From: a virus
DNA: 40,066 nt
UHGV virus genome: UHGV-0132701
Reading direction: 5' to 3' (one strand)
The position numbers and the translations under genes are program-made. A model generated the notes under the pieces. That model had not been told where the DNA came from, did no database searches, and saw only the letters and a program-made list of their open reading frames with translations. Of the stretch, positions 36,472 through 40,066 are shown piece after piece; position 1 is the stretch's first letter; every line of letters starts with the position of its first letter.

Positions 36472-37179
36472 ATGGATTTGAACAAATTCGATGAGCCATT
36501 CAGCCCTGAAGATATCGAATGGCGAATACAGCAAAGCGGTAAAACACGCGATGGCAAGGTGTGGGCTATGGTGCTGGCTTATGTCACGAACCGGGCAATC
36601 ATGAAGCGCCTGGACGATGTTTGCGGCAAAGCAGGATGGCGCAATGAATACCGCGATATTCCCAACAACGGCGGAGTTGAATGCGGCATATCAATCAAGA
36701 TTGATTCCGAATGGGTAACCAAATGGGATGCTGCTGAAAACACGCAGGTAGAAGCCGTCAAAGGTGGTCGTTCCGGTGCAATGAAGCGCGCTGCCGTTCA
36801 GTGGGGAATCGGTCGGTATCTGTATAACCTTGAGGAAGGTTTCGCACAAACATCTCTCGATAAAAAGCAGGGATGGCACAGGGCAAAACTCAAGGATGGA
36901 ACAGGATTTTACTGGCTCCCTCCATCGCTGCCGGGATGGGCAATCCCAGCATCAGATAACAAACCATCACCAGAAAATACCAACCAGAAATCTCCATCGG
37001 TTGACTGCGAACAAATCCTGAAAGACTTCAGCGATTATGCATCAACAGAAACTGACAAGAAAAAACTCATCGAGCGTTATCAGCGTGACTGGCAATTAAT
37101 GGCTGGCAACGAGGAGGCGCAGGCTAAATGCGTTCAGGTAATGAACATCAGAGTTAACGAACTAAAACAGGCGGCATAA
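36472..37179 (+). CDS. Single-strand annealing protein, Rad52/22 family (Sak-type recombinase)
   Basis: Motif GAMKRAAVQWGIGRYLYNL and upstream GISIKIDSEWVTKWDAAEN typical of Rad52-family annealases; followed directly by ssb. Confidence 0.75.
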   Translation: MDLNKFDEPFSPEDIEWRIQQSGKTRDGKVWAMVLAYVTNRAIMKRLDDVCGKAGWRNEYRDIPNNGGVECGISIKIDSEWVTKWDAAENTQVEAVKGGRSGAMKRAAVQWGIGRYLYNLEEGFAQTSLDKKQGWHRAKLKDGTGFYWLPPSLPGWAIPASDNKPSPENTNQKSPSVDCEQILKDFSDYASTETDKKKLIERYQRDWQLMAGNEEAQAKCVQVMNIRVNELKQAA

Positions 37180-37686
37180 ATGGCAAGCAGAGGCGTAAAT
37201 AAGGTGATTATCCTTGGTCGGGTAGGACAAGACCCGGAAGTTCGATACTCACCATCAGGAACAGCGTTCGCTAACCTGACAATAGCCACGTCAGAACAAT
37301 GGCGAGATAAAAATACTGGCGAGCAAAAGGAATTGACTGAATGGCATCGTGTTGCTGTATCCGGGAAACTGGCTGAGGTCGTGGGGCAGTATGTGAAAAA
37401 AGGTGATCAGATTTATTTCGAGGGAATGCTGAGAACCAGAAAGTGGAAAGACCAGTCAGGACAAGACCGTTACACAACCGAGGTTCATGTCGGAATTAAT
37501 GGCGTGATGCAAATGCTTGGCGGCATTGGCGACAGCAAACAACAAGCAGCCAGCAGGCAATCACAGAAGCCACAGCAGCAATCATCACCAGCACAACACA
37601 ACGAACCTCCGATGGATTTTGACGACGATATACCCTTTGCACCAGTAACTCTCCCCTTCCCTCGTCACGCTATTCACGCAATTTAA
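37180..37686 (+). CDS. ssb: Single-stranded DNA-binding protein
   Basis: OB-fold N-terminus ([40 protein letters not shown]), Gln/Pro-rich linker and acidic C-terminal tail MDFDDDIPF. Confidence 0.9.
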   Translation: MASRGVNKVIILGRVGQDPEVRYSPSGTAFANLTIATSEQWRDKNTGEQKELTEWHRVAVSGKLAEVVGQYVKKGDQIYFEGMLRTRKWKDQSGQDRYTTEVHVGINGVMQMLGGIGDSKQQAASRQSQKPQQQSSPAQHNEPPMDFDDDIPFAPVTLPFPRHAIHAI

Positions 37687-37699
37687 TCAGGAGAAAATC

Positions 37700-37993
37700 A
37701 TGCCAGCGCCTTTGTATGGTGCGGATGACCCGCGCCGCTGTTCCGGCAATTCCGTATCGGAGGTGCTGGATAAATTCAGAAAAAACTACGATCGAATAAT
37801 GTCTCTACCGCAGGAAACGAAAGAGGAAAAGGAATTTCGCCACTGTATATGGCTTGCAGAGAAAGAAGAACGCGAGCGAATTTACCAGACATCAATCCGA
37901 CCATTCCGCAAATCCACATATACCCACTTCCCTGAAATTGACCCGCGCCTGCGTAATTACCGCTCACGCTATGGCGCTATCAGTAATGACTGA
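37700..37993 (+). CDS. Hypothetical protein (97 aa)
   Basis: ORF in early-left operon, 13 nt after ssb. Confidence 0.4.
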   Translation: MPAPLYGADDPRRCSGNSVSEVLDKFRKNYDRIMSLPQETKEEKEFRHCIWLAEKEERERIYQTSIRPFRKSTYTHFPEIDPRLRNYRSRYGAISND

Positions 37994-38003
37994 GGAATTT
38001 ACA

Positions 38004-38171
38004 ATGAGAGGAATTGCATACAATCCCGGCATTCTTCCGGCAGAAATGATTATTCGCCAACGCGTAAAGCCAATGCCATCGAGAGAGGAATTGCTTAAGA
38101 GAAATTCTTTTCCATCAGTGAATCAAAACAAATATCTGAATGCGATGTGGCGCAAAGGAGGCAACCAGTGA
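38004..38171 (+). CDS. Small hypothetical protein (55 aa)
   Basis: Start MRGIAYNPG with RBS gaggaa; stop overlaps next gene start. Confidence 0.35.
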   Translation: MRGIAYNPGILPAEMIIRQRVKPMPSREELLKRNSFPSVNQNKYLNAMWRKGGNQ

Positions 38172-38833
38172 GCAAGATTGACTATCAGGTACTGCGTGAG
38201 GCAGCAGTAGCAATTGAAACAGTAGCAACGCCTCAAAAATTGCTGGCATTTCGTATGAAAGTCACACCTCAGGTTGTGCTGGCTCTACTGGATGAACGAG
38301 ATGCATTAAATGAACGCCTAGCCGAACTGGAGGCTGATTTAGCAGGGCTGGCCGAAGACCACCAGAAAGCGACTGAGTCAATTAAGCAGGCTGATGCAGC
38401 TGTTAAGTTGGCACACGAGAAGTTTTCGGCGCTGGCGGCGGAGAATGCGGGGCTGAAAGACACTCTATCAGCAGTGATTGACCGCAGTAACGAGCCTGAT
38501 TATCAAAGCATCGGAATGGGCTGTGGTGTTGAGGATAACGGTCTTCAGACTGACGGTTATAACGCCTGTGAATATGGATGGCGCGAAGCAATGGATCGCA
38601 TTTACTCAGAAGTTATTCCAGACACTATTCCTGAAACCCCGGCGACAGACGCCTTCCTGGCTGAAGTGCGGGCGCATGACCTCAACGCTTTCATTCGGCA
38701 TCACAGTGCAGAACTGGATGCGCATATTAAAAACGGTGGTGAGCAGTTCGACGAAAAATCAGTACGCATCAGAGACATCATCGTCTCAGCCCGCTTGTTC
38801 AGGGAGCAGATTCGCAAGGAGGCCGCCCAATGA
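38168..38833 (+). CDS. Ead/Ea22-like coiled-coil protein (GTG start)
   Basis: RBS GGAGG before GTG; central coiled-coil ([48 protein letters not shown]); position and character match Ea22-family genes of lambdoid early-left regions. Confidence 0.55.
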   Translation: MSKIDYQVLREAAVAIETVATPQKLLAFRMKVTPQVVLALLDERDALNERLAELEADLAGLAEDHQKATESIKQADAAVKLAHEKFSALAAENAGLKDTLSAVIDRSNEPDYQSIGMGCGVEDNGLQTDGYNACEYGWREAMDRIYSEVIPDTIPETPATDAFLAEVRAHDLNAFIRHHSAELDAHIKNGGEQFDEKSVRIRDIIVSARLFREQIRKEAAQ

Positions 38834-39201
38834 GCAACATCGACAAACAGGCGCTGCGCCTAACAGCAGAAAAGGCAAAAGATAACTTCATGCCGAACTT
38901 TATGGTCCCCACTCGGGATGTGCTGGCGCTGCTTGATGAGCTGGAAGCCAAAGACTCAAGCATCTCTACTCAGCAGCATGAAATACGTACACTTCTTAAT
39001 GCTCTAGAGCAAGCAACGGAGAAGCGAAACTCTGACATTCCTGGTCAGAAACGACTGATTGGGTGGCGGGCATCAGACTACACCGACGAGACATCTGACC
39101 CTGAGTTAGCTAAAAACTGGGCCGCTGCAATTGGTGTACTGCCTATTTTTGAAGGTGATGTGAATACCAAGCTTAGCGCCGCTGGCATCAAGGGGGAGTA
39201 G
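38830..39201 (+). CDS. Ead/Ea22-like hypothetical protein (123 aa)
   Basis: ORF coupled to the previous gene (4-nt overlap); helical. Confidence 0.45.
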   Translation: MSNIDKQALRLTAEKAKDNFMPNFMVPTRDVLALLDELEAKDSSISTQQHEIRTLLNALEQATEKRNSDIPGQKRLIGWRASDYTDETSDPELAKNWAAAIGVLPIFEGDVNTKLSAAGIKGE

Positions 39202-39205
39202 GGAT

Positions 39206-39955
39206 ATGGCTGAATTTACGAAAGAGCAGTTGATTGAGAAGCTTGAGCGCCGTCTTGCGGTAACAACCCATTACCCTGATTTTGAAGAAGCGCAACTCGA
39301 TGCGCAAATCTTCAAAATCGCACTGGAAGCGCTGACGGCTGGCATGGAGCAGGAGCCGGTGGCGTGGCTGCTGTCAGGCGGCGGCGCAAAAAACAACGTC
39401 AGCTTCGATAGTGGCAATGCTTATGCCGACCCGCTGCGAGAAGTAACGCCGCTTTACACCGCCCCGCCAGCGCCGGTATCTGTGCCCGCTGCGATGGAAA
39501 TTGATGATGACTTTGACAGCGCGTTTGAACACGGAAAAGCTGTCGGCTGGAACGCCTATCGCGCCGCCATGCTTCAGGCCGAACCTGTAAGTAATAGTGA
39601 TGAGTTACCGCTGGACTATCTGCAAGGACACAAAGACGGCCTGGAGTGGGCTGCACAATTGGCAGAAGCCAATCATCCGCAAACAGGTGACTGGTTGTAC
39701 GACGACCCAATCGATCTTGCCAGGGCGATTCGCAAAGGTCCGGATATGCCTACTGTTCAGGGTGGCAACTCTCCGGTGATTCCAGATGGTTGGGTGATGG
39801 TGCCGGTTGAGCCTACGATAGCCATTCTAGACGAATTCGATTCGATTATTGATTACGGCGCTGAGGATTCTAAGGATGCGTGGAGTCGTCTTCTGGCAGC
39901 CGCTTGGATTAAATCGCTGCCAGCAGCGCCGCGGCAGGAGGTTAACCGTGGCTAA
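39206..39955 (+). CDS. Hypothetical acidic protein (249 aa), early-left operon
   Basis: ORF with RBS GGGGAG; no recognised domain. Confidence 0.45.
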   Translation: MAEFTKEQLIEKLERRLAVTTHYPDFEEAQLDAQIFKIALEALTAGMEQEPVAWLLSGGGAKNNVSFDSGNAYADPLREVTPLYTAPPAPVSVPAAMEIDDDFDSAFEHGKAVGWNAYRAAMLQAEPVSNSDELPLDYLQGHKDGLEWAAQLAEANHPQTGDWLYDDPIDLARAIRKGPDMPTVQGGNSPVIPDGWVMVPVEPTIAILDEFDSIIDYGAEDSKDAWSRLLAAAWIKSLPAAPRQEVNRG

Positions 39956-40066
39956 CCTGCAACTTGCCGTCAAAGGTGAATAACAATCCTCGCACTCGCG
40001 GGGATTTCTTTTATCTGAACTCGCTACGGCGAGTTTTGTTTTATGGAGATGATAAATGCACTTCCG

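Overview
This window is almost entirely a mosaic lambdoid prophage of the enterobacterial type, with accessory genes at several moron positions. Coordinates 3.4-21.6 kb (minus strand) carry a P22-like podovirus morphogenesis module: tailspike, ejection proteins, tail needle, gp10, gp4, coat, scaffold, portal, TerL and TerS. Coordinates 21.6-32.7 kb (minus strand) carry lambda/DLP12-like lysis genes (S, R, Rz/Rz1), a Q-family antiterminator, a nin region (NinB, NinE, NinF, RusA, YbcO-like, KilAC antirepressor), DnaB-type helicase, an O-like initiator with internal iterons, cII and cro. The immunity switch sits at 32.7-33.7 kb: a cI repressor with lambda-type C-terminal domain but a different N-terminal domain, its terminator, pL and nutL. 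From 33.9 kb to the window end (plus strand) lie lambda N and the early-left operon (cIII-like, Rad52-family annealase, SSB, Ea22-like genes). At the left end is a P4/IntS-type integrase followed by two overlapping small ORFs and an AT-rich GT-A glycosyltransferase at the position where P22-like phages carry serotype-conversion genes. No rRNA, tRNA or CRISPR array was seen. The best candidates for undescribed function are the accessory genes at classic hotspots: the immI-position gene with repeated operator-like motifs plus a divergent small membrane ORF (5.5-6.9 kb), the AT-rich gene with its own terminator in the pL operon (35.3-35.9 kb), the glycosyltransferase and small gene pairs between integrase and tailspike (1.3-3.9 kb), and an HNH endonuclease inserted between coat and scaffold. 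All homology statements are from reading the translations and recall of well-known phage proteins; no database search was run.
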